From an uncultured Candidatus Saccharibacteria bacterium (GTDB taxonomy: Bacteria > Patescibacteriota > Saccharimonadia > Saccharimonadales > Saccharimonadaceae), in contig CAZGGJ010000004.1 of the NCBI GenBank assembly GCA_964525315.1, forward strand, positions 5,675 through 69,674: a DNA stretch of 64,000 nucleotides, given 5' to 3'. The notes under the pieces were generated by a model. It did no database searches and was not told the DNA's origin. It was given only the letters and a program-made list of their open reading frames with translations. Position 1 is the first letter of the stretch, and the number at the start of each line of letters is the position of its first letter. Below are positions 45,146 to 52,442 of the stretch, piece by piece. Both the position numbers and the translations under genes were made by a program.

Positions 45146-46360
45146 ATGAGCATCGCAGCACGACGGCTACAGCGAGCACGGCTGGCATCGCAGTCGTACC
45201 AAGGTACGAGCAACGGCCCCTTGGGCTATCGCATCAGTGAAATGTTCGGCGGTGATGGCAATGGTTCGTGGATTAATACCCCGATGCCAGCCAACACAAG
45301 CGTCCACGCGGATTCAGCCACGGCAGTTGCTGACCTCTGTTATAACATCTACGAAAAGGCCACAGGTACGAATGTCGCTGCTTGGCCGATTATCAATGCT
45401 GGCAACTATTGTGCCACTATCAATGTTATCCCGCACGGCACGCCGTTGGTAAAAGTATGGTCAAGCGAACTTCCGCAGCACTGGAATGACCCCAGTAAGT
45501 GGTCGGGCCATGCCATGCAGTATGACGGCTTTCCGATACCGGAGGGCCTAGAGCCAACCAACGACTCGGACGGCACCATCTTCCTCTATGACCCCGACTG
45601 GGAGTGGCCTGGCCGTCCAGGCGACCCGCAGTACAAGGGGCGGGTATATGAGCTATGGGGCGCACAGTCACCAGAACAAAACGTAGCCAATGGACTTCCG
45701 GCACGCTGGACGGCGAAGTATCCGGGGCGACTATCCGGCGTGAACAATCGTCTCACTGGGCATCCTGTCAACCGGACTACCGGTGATGCGCTGAGTACCG
45801 CCATGCCAACCTTTACGGCGCCCAAAGCACCCAATGACACCTCGGCCAATACTGGCTATGTAGGATATGGCCGGGATGGTGTCGCCGAACACTCTGGTAT
45901 GATGGCGAGTGCGTCGCACATCCCGATGAGCCACACGCAGATTCGAATATCTGATGTAGTGAAGGGTGTCATTAATCACCCGCTGGGGTTTGCGCTTTTC
46001 GGCTATGATGGGTCGCCAAAAGGCTACGTGTGGCCGGCAACCGGGTATGATGGCGCCAGTCGACCGTGGATGAAGCATGGCAATCGGTTCCGGCTCCCAG
46101 CCAGCTATACTGCGACCTATCCGGCAAATATGCCTGTCGCGTGGCGTCCTTGGTTCGATATGTTTATCCAGTGTTTCAAGGACTACGGCGTGATGCTAGT
46201 AGATACCACAGGCAACTCATTTGCGCTTCGTGGTGAGCCAGGAGTACAGAATTATTATCCTGCCGGTTTCAATAGCAATACGTTCATCAAGTACTTACCG
46301 TGGGCCGATATGGAAATGCTCGTTGTAGGGAATGATAATGAGTTCTACCCTTCCGCATAG
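45146..46360 (+). CDS. ARRL-tagged protein, paralog of 9002..10225
   Basis: 404-aa ORF. N-terminus is MSIAARRLQRARLA. Collinear similarity with the 9002 product over the full length. Confidence 0.55.
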   Translation: MSIAARRLQRARLASQSYQGTSNGPLGYRISEMFGGDGNGSWINTPMPANTSVHADSATAVADLCYNIYEKATGTNVAAWPIINAGNYCATINVIPHGTPLVKVWSSELPQHWNDPSKWSGHAMQYDGFPIPEGLEPTNDSDGTIFLYDPDWEWPGRPGDPQYKGRVYELWGAQSPEQNVANGLPARWTAKYPGRLSGVNNRLTGHPVNRTTGDALSTAMPTFTAPKAPNDTSANTGYVGYGRDGVAEHSGMMASASHIPMSHTQIRISDVVKGVINHPLGFALFGYDGSPKGYVWPATGYDGASRPWMKHGNRFRLPASYTATYPANMPVAWRPWFDMFIQCFKDYGVMLVDTTGNSFALRGEPGVQNYYPAGFNSNTFIKYLPWADMEMLVVGNDNEFYPSA

Positions 46361-46380
46361 ACAGGGGCCGCTACCCATAG

Positions 46381-46410
46381 TTGACGTATAAGTATATATT
46401 ATGGTATAAT
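46381..46410 (+). promoter_or_regulatory. canonical sigma70-type promoter TTGACG-18-TGgTATAAT
   Basis: TTGACG is at 46381-46386, TG at 46402-46403 and TATAAT at 46405-46410. RBS GGGAGA lies before the ATG at 46460. Confidence 0.65.
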
Positions 46411-46459
46411 ACGCTAAAGCTATAAAATATAGCCGTCTAAGTGTCTATGGGAGAACGCT

Positions 46460-48529
46460 ATGTCGTCATTTCGCCGTCGTTTACAACAATACTCATTGGT
46501 AATCGCTGCGGTGGGATTGGCGCTGCTCACCACTGTGAGTAGCCTCCCAGCCAAGGCCGACACAGCGCCGACATCAAAATCGACGCCACTGACTGTTTCG
46601 GCTGACCCGCTGCCGACTGTCCAGGTAGACGGCATGGTGTGGGACCAAGTGCTGGTAGGTAATACCGTGTATGCGGTCGGTACCTTCCAAGCGGCGCGGC
46701 CGGCTGGCGTGCCGCTTGGTGGTGCGGGCACGGTGCAGCGCTTGAACATTCTGGCGTACGATATCCGGACTGGCGTGCTCGATACGCGATTTGTCCATAG
46801 CCTTACCGGCGCTCCGGCAAGTACGAAGAAGGCAGCCGATGCTATCGCAGCGTCTCCCGATGGCAAACGGTTGTATGTAGGCGGGTCTTTCAGCACTGTC
46901 GATGGCCAGCCGCGGGCCCACTTTGCGGCTTTTGACCTGACGACCAACAAGCTGCTGCCAGGATTTGCTGGCACGAGCGGCCCGGTGTATGCCCTGGCGG
47001 CAACCAACGAGCGCGTCTACGTGGGCGGCGGGTTTACGACTGCCGGCGGCCAAGCGCGGCACAATCTTGCAGCATACCACGCAAATGGCGCGCTCGACAC
47101 CTCATGGAAAGCAGATGTTGACGGTCCGAACGGCTCGCGTGTAGCGGCGCTCGCCATTGCTACCAAGCAGAATAACCTCATCGTGGCGGGTGCCTTCAAC
47201 AAGCTAGCTGGCAGCACCTACCTTTCGTCGGGTGCGGTCAAGCTCGATACGGCCGCCAAGGTAAAGTGGGCCAGCCAAAGCTCGTCGTATCCAATCCGTA
47301 TGCAAATCAGCAAACCAGCGCCGGGTAAGTCGCTCAGCTATAGCGCCATGGGCTTTTCCAGCGCGAGCTACGACGGTTCGCAGGTATATTTGACCGGCTG
47401 GGGCTTCCTAGAGGGCGCAAAAGGCTCAGGCGTGTTTGAAGGCCGGGCAGCGGTGAGCCCGAAAGACGGCTCGATTATTTGGATTAATGCCACGCGCGGC
47501 GATACCTACGACGCCGTGCCTATCGACGGACTGCTGTATTCGGTAGGGCATCCGCACAAGGCGACGGAAGTCGGCGCCTTCCCCGACCAATACACACAGA
47601 TACAGCCGCTGCAGCACGTGGCAGTCGAAACGACAACTCGCACCAGTAAAAAGAACGGCAAATACTACTATAGCCAGCTGCTCCACTGGTACCCCAAATT
47701 CACAGTTGGCGACAAGAGCGGCTCCGGGCAGGCCGGCTGGACAATTACTGGCAACAAGGACTACATTGCAATTGGCGGCGAGTTCCCGAAGGTAGAAGGC
47801 ATGGCGCAGCAAGGACTGGTGCGCTTTACGACCAAAGCCAAGGCCGCCAACAAGATTGGTCCCAACGCGTACCGCTTTGCTGGCTACGGCGTGTCGGCTG
47901 CACCAGCCAACAGCAAGAAAGAGTCGAAAGTCACTGTCTACACCACCAGCGATAACGACAACGTCAATCTCACCTATGAGCTCTACCGCGCCGATGGTAC
48001 CAAGCTTGCTACCAAGACAGTTGCCGCCAATTGGTGGCAGTCCAAGTCGTGGACCTATACCGACAAAAACGTCCCCAAGGGCACGTCATTGCAGTACAAG
48101 CTAGTCGTCAAAGACCCCTTCGGCAACAGCCGCACCTACACCGACACGACGCTCATCGACGATACCGACAGCCGTATCAAATACAGTGGCTCCGGCTGGA
48201 AGTCGTACACCAAGCGCGCCGATACTTCGCCAGACTTTGGCCGCACGATTCACCGTTTGTCCAAGAATGGCAGCTCGATGAGTATGAGCTTTACCGGCAC
48301 CTCCATCACGATGTTTACTGAGATGAATAATTATTCGGGAGTTGTCGACGTCAGTGTCGACGGCGGCCCGGCGACGCGCGTGAATCTAGACCTCAATCAT
48401 CCAAAGGACTACAAAAAGTACCAGCAAGCCACCTTTACACGCAGCGGCCTCGCTCCTGGCAAACACACCATCACGGTCAAGAAAGTCAGCGGCAAGTACA
48501 TCTATATCGACGCCTTCAAGGTGCGATAA
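46460..48529 (+). CDS. secreted beta-propeller repeat protein with C-terminal carbohydrate-binding-module-like domain
   Basis: 689-aa ORF. The Sec-type signal is MSSFRRRLQQYSLVIAAVGLALLTTVSSLPAKA. Repeated LYVGG.F..V.G / VYVGGGFTTAGG blades are present. The C-terminal pattern is IKYSGSGW....MSFTGTSITMF....VDVSVDGG....GKHTITVKK...YIYIDAFKV. Confidence 0.6.
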   Translation: MSSFRRRLQQYSLVIAAVGLALLTTVSSLPAKADTAPTSKSTPLTVSADPLPTVQVDGMVWDQVLVGNTVYAVGTFQAARPAGVPLGGAGTVQRLNILAYDIRTGVLDTRFVHSLTGAPASTKKAADAIAASPDGKRLYVGGSFSTVDGQPRAHFAAFDLTTNKLLPGFAGTSGPVYALAATNERVYVGGGFTTAGGQARHNLAAYHANGALDTSWKADVDGPNGSRVAALAIATKQNNLIVAGAFNKLAGSTYLSSGAVKLDTAAKVKWASQSSSYPIRMQISKPAPGKSLSYSAMGFSSASYDGSQVYLTGWGFLEGAKGSGVFEGRAAVSPKDGSIIWINATRGDTYDAVPIDGLLYSVGHPHKATEVGAFPDQYTQIQPLQHVAVETTTRTSKKNGKYYYSQLLHWYPKFTVGDKSGSGQAGWTITGNKDYIAIGGEFPKVEGMAQQGLVRFTTKAKAANKIGPNAYRFAGYGVSAAPANSKKESKVTVYTTSDNDNVNLTYELYRADGTKLATKTVAANWWQSKSWTYTDKNVPKGTSLQYKLVVKDPFGNSRTYTDTTLIDDTDSRIKYSGSGWKSYTKRADTSPDFGRTIHRLSKNGSSMSMSFTGTSITMFTEMNNYSGVVDVSVDGGPATRVNLDLNHPKDYKKYQQATFTRSGLAPGKHTITVKKVSGKYIYIDAFKVR

Positions 48530-48531
48530 GG

Positions 48532-49545
48532 CTAATTCGTCACGAAATAATCGAACGCAAACGTGCGGTTGGCACCAGCTGCAGTGTTGGTGCAGATGCT
48601 AAAGCCAGTCTTGTCGCGGTCGACATAGTAGGCCAGCGAACCGGCGGCTGAGCCGATGGGGGTGACGAGTACGTGCGGCGCGCTGGTGAAGGCTTGGCGG
48701 AAGTTCAGCCTGATGAAGCAGCCGCTTGACGGACTGCTACCGGTATTGAGGTTGATGGTACCAGTAGTGTCCGAGCCGTCAATCGACGCTGTGCCGCCGC
48801 CGCCGAGGACGCTGGAATTGATGGTGCGCGTTGGCGACGGACCAGTGAAGCTAATGTGGTTGGGCACCTGCAGGACGGCATTGCCGCTCATGATCAGCCG
48901 AGTTACAGTCAGCTGCGATGCCGTAACGGGCCCGCTCAGCGACGTGGTGCCGCTGACGCTGAGATTACGTAGCGTTGTGTCGCCCTGGATGGCAGTATTG
49001 GCCGCGACCTGCAGGCTGTTGATCTGCGTGGTGCCAAGGTTGGACGTGCCCGAAACAGTCAAGCCCGCTGCCTGGATAGACCCGCTCGTCTGGATATTGC
49101 CAGCGACATTGAGCGCACCGCGCATAAGCGTCTGGCCGGCGATGATGGCATTGCCCTGGATAGTCAGCGTCTGCTGCGTGTCGCCCACGCTGGCATCGGT
49201 ATTGGAGAGCTGCTTCAGGGCCTCTTGAGTGAGCGGCTGATTGGCAATGGTTGGCTCGACGGGCGGTTTTTGGCTGTTGAGGTAGCTGACGACGGTGAAG
49301 GCAATGGCGATGATGAGAATCAGTACGAACAGCAGGAAGTAAATATTTGCCCTGCGCAAGAACCGCTTCAGTGCCGAAGGCTTTTTCTCGCCTGGCGCAG
49401 CGGTAGCCGGCGCAGGATTCGCCGCTGCTTGTGCTGACTGCTCCTGCTCGAGGTCATCGGGCGTACGGCTCAGCGCATCGGCTGGCGCTTCAGCCTCAGC
49501 TGGTGCAGTCGATTTAGGCTCATCGGGTTTGGTAGTCGGGTCCAT
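48532..49545 (-). CDS. single-pass membrane protein with bactofilin-like beta-helical repeats and a possible H-type-lectin-like C-terminus
   Basis: 337-aa ORF. It has a Pro/Ala/Glu-rich N-terminus and a TM (IYFLLFVLILIIAIAFTVVSYL). Repeats include LTIQGNAIIAGQTLMRGALNVAGNIQTSGSIQAAGLTVSGTSNLG. The C-terminus is RLNFRQAFTSAPHVLVTPIG....YYVDRDKTGFSICTN. Confidence 0.45.
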   Translation of the reverse strand: MDPTTKPDEPKSTAPAEAEAPADALSRTPDDLEQEQSAQAAANPAPATAAPGEKKPSALKRFLRRANIYFLLFVLILIIAIAFTVVSYLNSQKPPVEPTIANQPLTQEALKQLSNTDASVGDTQQTLTIQGNAIIAGQTLMRGALNVAGNIQTSGSIQAAGLTVSGTSNLGTTQINSLQVAANTAIQGDTTLRNLSVSGTTSLSGPVTASQLTVTRLIMSGNAVLQVPNHISFTGPSPTRTINSSVLGGGGTASIDGSDTTGTINLNTGSSPSSGCFIRLNFRQAFTSAPHVLVTPIGSAAGSLAYYVDRDKTGFSICTNTAAGANRTFAFDYFVTN

Positions 49546-49591
49546 GGATGTTCGTTTTTACGTTTATGCTTACACCTATAGTAGTACACGA

Positions 49592-49600
49592 TGGTACAAT
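49592..49600 (+). promoter_or_regulatory. extended -10 (TGGTACAAT) 9 nt upstream of ATG 49610
   Basis: TGG is at 49592-49594 and TACAAT at 49595-49600. Similar TGTTACAAT boxes occur at about 50407-50415 and 53523-53531. Confidence 0.4.
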
Positions 49601-49609
49601 AGTAAACAT

Positions 49610-50356
49610 ATGGGGTATAGGAGATATGCACAATACGGCGTATTGTTGGCAGCTGGGCTGGTGCTATATGCTTGCAGCAGCACGGTGGCGGCTCTGACTT
49701 CCAGCTCGCCCAACTACCAGATAGTCGAGACCGAGTTCAATGCCGGCACAAACGTCAATAGCTGCTCGGGCGGCGGGCAATACTGCGCTCGTACGACAAT
49801 GGGCAGCCTGATGGTGGGCGATAGCGAAGCGGGCAGCAGGCGCGTCGAGTTTGGGCCTATCACCGAGGACCAGCCAGCGCTTGAAGTGATTGTCGAGCCG
49901 GGCGAGTCCGACCTAGGCGTTCTGACGACTGAGCATACGGCCACCTCTAGCGTCGTGGTCAAGGTGCGCAACTACCTCAGCAACGGCTACGTTTTGCAGT
50001 TCACGGGGAGCCCGCCCAAGTACAGCACGCACGCGCTTGCTACGCCGTCGACGCCAACTGCCTCGGCTGCTGGCACCGAGCAGTTTGCGCTCAATGCAGT
50101 TGCCAATACCGAGCCCAAGACACTGGGCGCGAACCCCGTGCAGGTCCCCTCGGGCCAGTTCAGCTTCGGTGAAATCATGCCTGGCTATGCCACGCCCAAT
50201 GTCTACAAATACACTAGTGGCGATACCATCGCGCGGAGCCTGAGCGAGTCGGGGCAGACCGACTACACCATCAGTATGATAGTCAACATCGCAAACAACA
50301 CGCCCGCCGGCCATTATTCGGGCGAGTTTTCGGCGGTCGTCATCCCTACCTACTAG
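49610..50356 (+). CDS. small secreted WxL-like surface protein
   Basis: Start chosen at MGYRRYAQYGVLLAAGLVLYA (signal peptide); the track start 49529 overlaps the divergent gene. The C-terminus PAGHYSGEFSAVVIPTY is shared in pattern with the 50476, 52443 and 55763 products. Confidence 0.5.
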   Translation: MGYRRYAQYGVLLAAGLVLYACSSTVAALTSSSPNYQIVETEFNAGTNVNSCSGGGQYCARTTMGSLMVGDSEAGSRRVEFGPITEDQPALEVIVEPGESDLGVLTTEHTATSSVVVKVRNYLSNGYVLQFTGSPPKYSTHALATPSTPTASAAGTEQFALNAVANTEPKTLGANPVQVPSGQFSFGEIMPGYATPNVYKYTSGDTIARSLSESGQTDYTISMIVNIANNTPAGHYSGEFSAVVIPTY

Positions 50357-50475
50357 CTGCCAGCCTGACTGTGGAAAACTTCCTCTTGCATACGGCATAT
50401 CGCTAATGTTACAATGCGCAGTGAAACCCTAGTCTGTAGGGCCACCAAAACAAACATAACTAGGAGATATACACT

Positions 50476-52338
50476 ATGTATACACTCAAATCAATCGCCA
50501 GACGCGGTACGATGCTGGGAGTAGCAGCAGCCTTTTTGGCGGCGACTATTGTGCCAGCGGCGCAGGTGTTCGCCGACGCGCTGAACCCGCTGACGAATCG
50601 TAGCTTGACGCTGTCGAGCTCGTCACCGGGCTGGAGCAATACCGACGGCTCTGGCAATACCAAGTATGCACCACCAAACAGCGGTGCCAACGGTAAGCAA
50701 ACCGGCAATACATTCGAGTTCAACGTCAGTACCGACAGCTCAGCCGTAGGTGCCGACCCCGTCAAGACCATGACCTTCCAGTACTGTACCACCTCAGCGG
50801 GACTCTGCCGCGCGCCTGGTGACAACACCACGGCAGGCACCGACACCACGACTACTTCCGACCTCAAGGTCGTGACGAGTAGCCCAGCGGAAGTTGGTAG
50901 CGGTAACTTTTCGACAGTTGTCGACACAGCGACCACAGGTCTTGCTGGTGGTCGCGTCAAAGCCGTCCCAGGCTTTACCAACCCCGACAATCCAAGCGAC
51001 ACTACTGGTGTCTACGCTGCCAAGAACGTCACTGGCAACTTCGTTGTCTACTACCTCGACTCCACTGACAGCACTTGGAAGCAAAGTAGCGGCTGGAGCA
51101 TGTATGCCGTCAACCGCGAGAACGCGACAGCTACTCTATCCGGCTTGCCAACAGTGACTGGCCAAAACAACTACATCATCCTGAAGAAAGCTACCGGCGA
51201 AACCTTCAAGCCAACCAACAAGGTGCGCGTCGTCTTCTTCGGTACGACGGCCAACTACATTCAGAACCCTGGTTCTGGTGCATTCTTCGTCAAGATCAAT
51301 ACCTACAACAAAGAATACGTTCCTTCAGGCCCATCGACCGGCCAGGTTGCTCTATCAGGCCTTGCTCCGACAGGTTTGGATGAGGACATCATCGACGGCG
51401 GTGTTACCGTAGCCAACGTCATGAACCAGTCCATCCAGATTACCACCAAGGTGCTGGAAACCATGCAGTTCTCTGTGGGCACGGTAGATCCGAACACGCT
51501 CAACAGTGCTCGCGTAGGTGAAACTGATTCAAGCGGTGCAGATGCTACCGCCGTAAGCGAGCTCGATGCTGCACATGGCAACACTAACTTGGTTAACCCT
51601 AAAATCCGGCACCAGGTATGCGACACCATCCTCAAGGCAATGACGCCAAACGACCCGGCCAACGTACTGCGGCTTGGTAACCAAAGCGCTGAGAGCTCAC
51701 TCGAGACCGACCACACCTACAGCACACACAGCTACTGGCGCCTCAGCTCCAACTCTAGCGCTGGTGCGACGGTATACTACTCTGGGCACACACTATCTAA
51801 TACTGTCGGCGACCAAATCGACCCTATCGGTAAAAACAAGCAGGGTCCATCACGCGGTGCAGAGCAGTTCGGTCTAGCACTTGCGAATACGGGGCACCAG
51901 GCAAGTGACATCACTGCCAATGGTGTGACGCCGGAGTATGCGGCCGACACTAGCGGTTCAAACCAGAACTACAGCGTCAACTATGCTCAGGAAGCAACCT
52001 ACGAGAACGGTAACGACAACGGCAAGACGTCTATCCATACGGCCAGCCTGACAGCCGACGGTGTGATTGGCAACCCCAGTTGGCATGCACCACGCCTGTA
52101 CCCGCTTCTTGCAGATGCTAACTACAATAACGGAACGGGTGCGATTGATGGCACGCCAACAACTGAATTCGCCTTTGACGATACCTCTGACACTATCCCT
52201 GTGGCACTTGCTACCGAGAGTGACCAAGTCGTCGACTGCGTCACTGGCAAGATGCGCTACATCGCCAACATCGCAGCGACCACCCCAGCTGGTATCTACA
52301 CTACCAAAATCAACTACATTGCAGCTCCTCAGTATTAG
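50476..52338 (+). CDS. large secreted WxL-like surface protein
   Basis: 620-aa ORF with RBS AGGAG. The signal peptide ends AAQVFA. An internal YWRLSS (W-x-L) motif is present. The C-terminus is TPAGIYTTKINYIAAPQY. Confidence 0.5.
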   Translation: MYTLKSIARRGTMLGVAAAFLAATIVPAAQVFADALNPLTNRSLTLSSSSPGWSNTDGSGNTKYAPPNSGANGKQTGNTFEFNVSTDSSAVGADPVKTMTFQYCTTSAGLCRAPGDNTTAGTDTTTTSDLKVVTSSPAEVGSGNFSTVVDTATTGLAGGRVKAVPGFTNPDNPSDTTGVYAAKNVTGNFVVYYLDSTDSTWKQSSGWSMYAVNRENATATLSGLPTVTGQNNYIILKKATGETFKPTNKVRVVFFGTTANYIQNPGSGAFFVKINTYNKEYVPSGPSTGQVALSGLAPTGLDEDIIDGGVTVANVMNQSIQITTKVLETMQFSVGTVDPNTLNSARVGETDSSGADATAVSELDAAHGNTNLVNPKIRHQVCDTILKAMTPNDPANVLRLGNQSAESSLETDHTYSTHSYWRLSSNSSAGATVYYSGHTLSNTVGDQIDPIGKNKQGPSRGAEQFGLALANTGHQASDITANGVTPEYAADTSGSNQNYSVNYAQEATYENGNDNGKTSIHTASLTADGVIGNPSWHAPRLYPLLADANYNNGTGAIDGTPTTEFAFDDTSDTIPVALATESDQVVDCVTGKMRYIANIAATTPAGIYTTKINYIAAPQY

Positions 52339-52362
52339 ACTGAACGAGCCACTCTATGCAGC

Positions 52363-52395
52363 ATACCGACCCTCCTCTGGGGGTCGGTATTGCCT
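52363..52395 (+). terminator. rho-independent terminator
   Basis: 10-12 bp stem (ATACCGACCC 52363-52372 / GGGTCGGTAT 52381-90) with a short loop, followed by a T-containing tail. It lies 25 nt after the stop of 50476..52338. Confidence 0.6.
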
Positions 52396-52442
52396 TATGT
52401 ATGCTACTACGCATACCGCCTATTCTTTAGTACAATGATACT

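Noticed and set aside
719-46360. Reading the conserved N-terminal Arg-Arg as a twin-arginine (Tat) signal peptide.
   Set aside because: Tat signals need S/T-R-R-x-F-L-K followed by a hydrophobic h-region and a cleavage site. Here the RR is at residues 6-7 and polar sequence follows with no hydrophobic stretch.
1-46360. The island as an intact prophage or a contractile-injection-system locus.
   Set aside because: I could recognise no capsid, portal, terminase, tape-measure, sheath, tube, baseplate, integrase or lysis genes in the window. Only fibre- and spike-like genes are present. A prophage extending beyond the window start remains possible and is noted in the findings.
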